Source: Hemiscyllium ocellatum
Taxonomy: Eukaryota
NCBI RefSeq assembly: GCF_020745735.1
Contig: NC_083432.1
Coordinates: 32,016,533-32,080,532 of the forward strand
Direction of reading: 5' to 3'
Length of the DNA: 64,000 nucleotides
Both the position numbers and the translations under genes were made by a program. The notes beneath the pieces were generated by a model, which worked only from the letters and a program-made list of their open reading frames with translations, was not told the DNA's origin and made no database searches. Of the stretch, positions 63,873 through 64,000 are shown piece after piece; within the stretch, counting starts at the first letter, position 1, and every line of letters begins with the position of its first letter.

Positions 63873-64000
63873 CAAGTTTCAAAACAAGTACCTCTGATGG
63901 CTGTACTCAAGATGATCCCCTTTCCCATAGCCAAATTTCTCGTCAGGACAGGCATTATTCATTGGATTTCTACAATATTTAAGGTTGCAAGCACTAGCCT
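63873..64000 (+). CDS. RETSAT: RETSAT-like coding exon 4 (partial, runs off the window)
   Basis: ccattttacag|CAA. My translation is QVSKQVPLMAVLKMIPFPIAKFLVRTGIIHWISTIFKVASTS, which matches the next RETSAT segment (LK..P.P....L.R.G......S..F..ST.SL). Phase 0 fits exon 3. Not in the ORF track. Confidence 0.85.

Overview
Vertebrate genomic DNA, almost certainly a shark: it is rich in HE1-type tRNA-derived V-SINEs, CR1/HER1-type LINEs, Penelope-like elements and an L1 derivative. It holds two intact single-coding-exon alpha-1,2-fucosyltransferase genes (FUT1/FUT2 family, GT11; 1331-2410 and 28093-29172). They lie in a 26,762-bp-offset tandem duplication with two age layers: near-identical over about 1-10.2 kb versus 26.8-37.0 kb, and roughly 85-90% identical by eye over about 10.3-23.1 kb versus 37.0-45.6 kb. 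Downstream are coding exons 1-4 of a retinol saturase (RETSAT-like) gene (41477 to the window end). A disabled duplicate of its exon 1 (15356-15513) keeps a perfectly conserved splice donor upstream of the second FUT copy. Best leads: (1) a possible chimeric transcription unit in which the dead RETSAT exon 1 is the 5' leader of FUT; (2) an unequal-crossover signature that predicts more FUT copies upstream; (3) a complete, TSD-flanked, ORF1-only 'half-L1' element next to RETSAT exon 2; (4) Penelope-derived fold-back elements carrying hammerhead-ribozyme-like cores with compensatory changes in stem II. All identities were judged by eye and no database searches were run.
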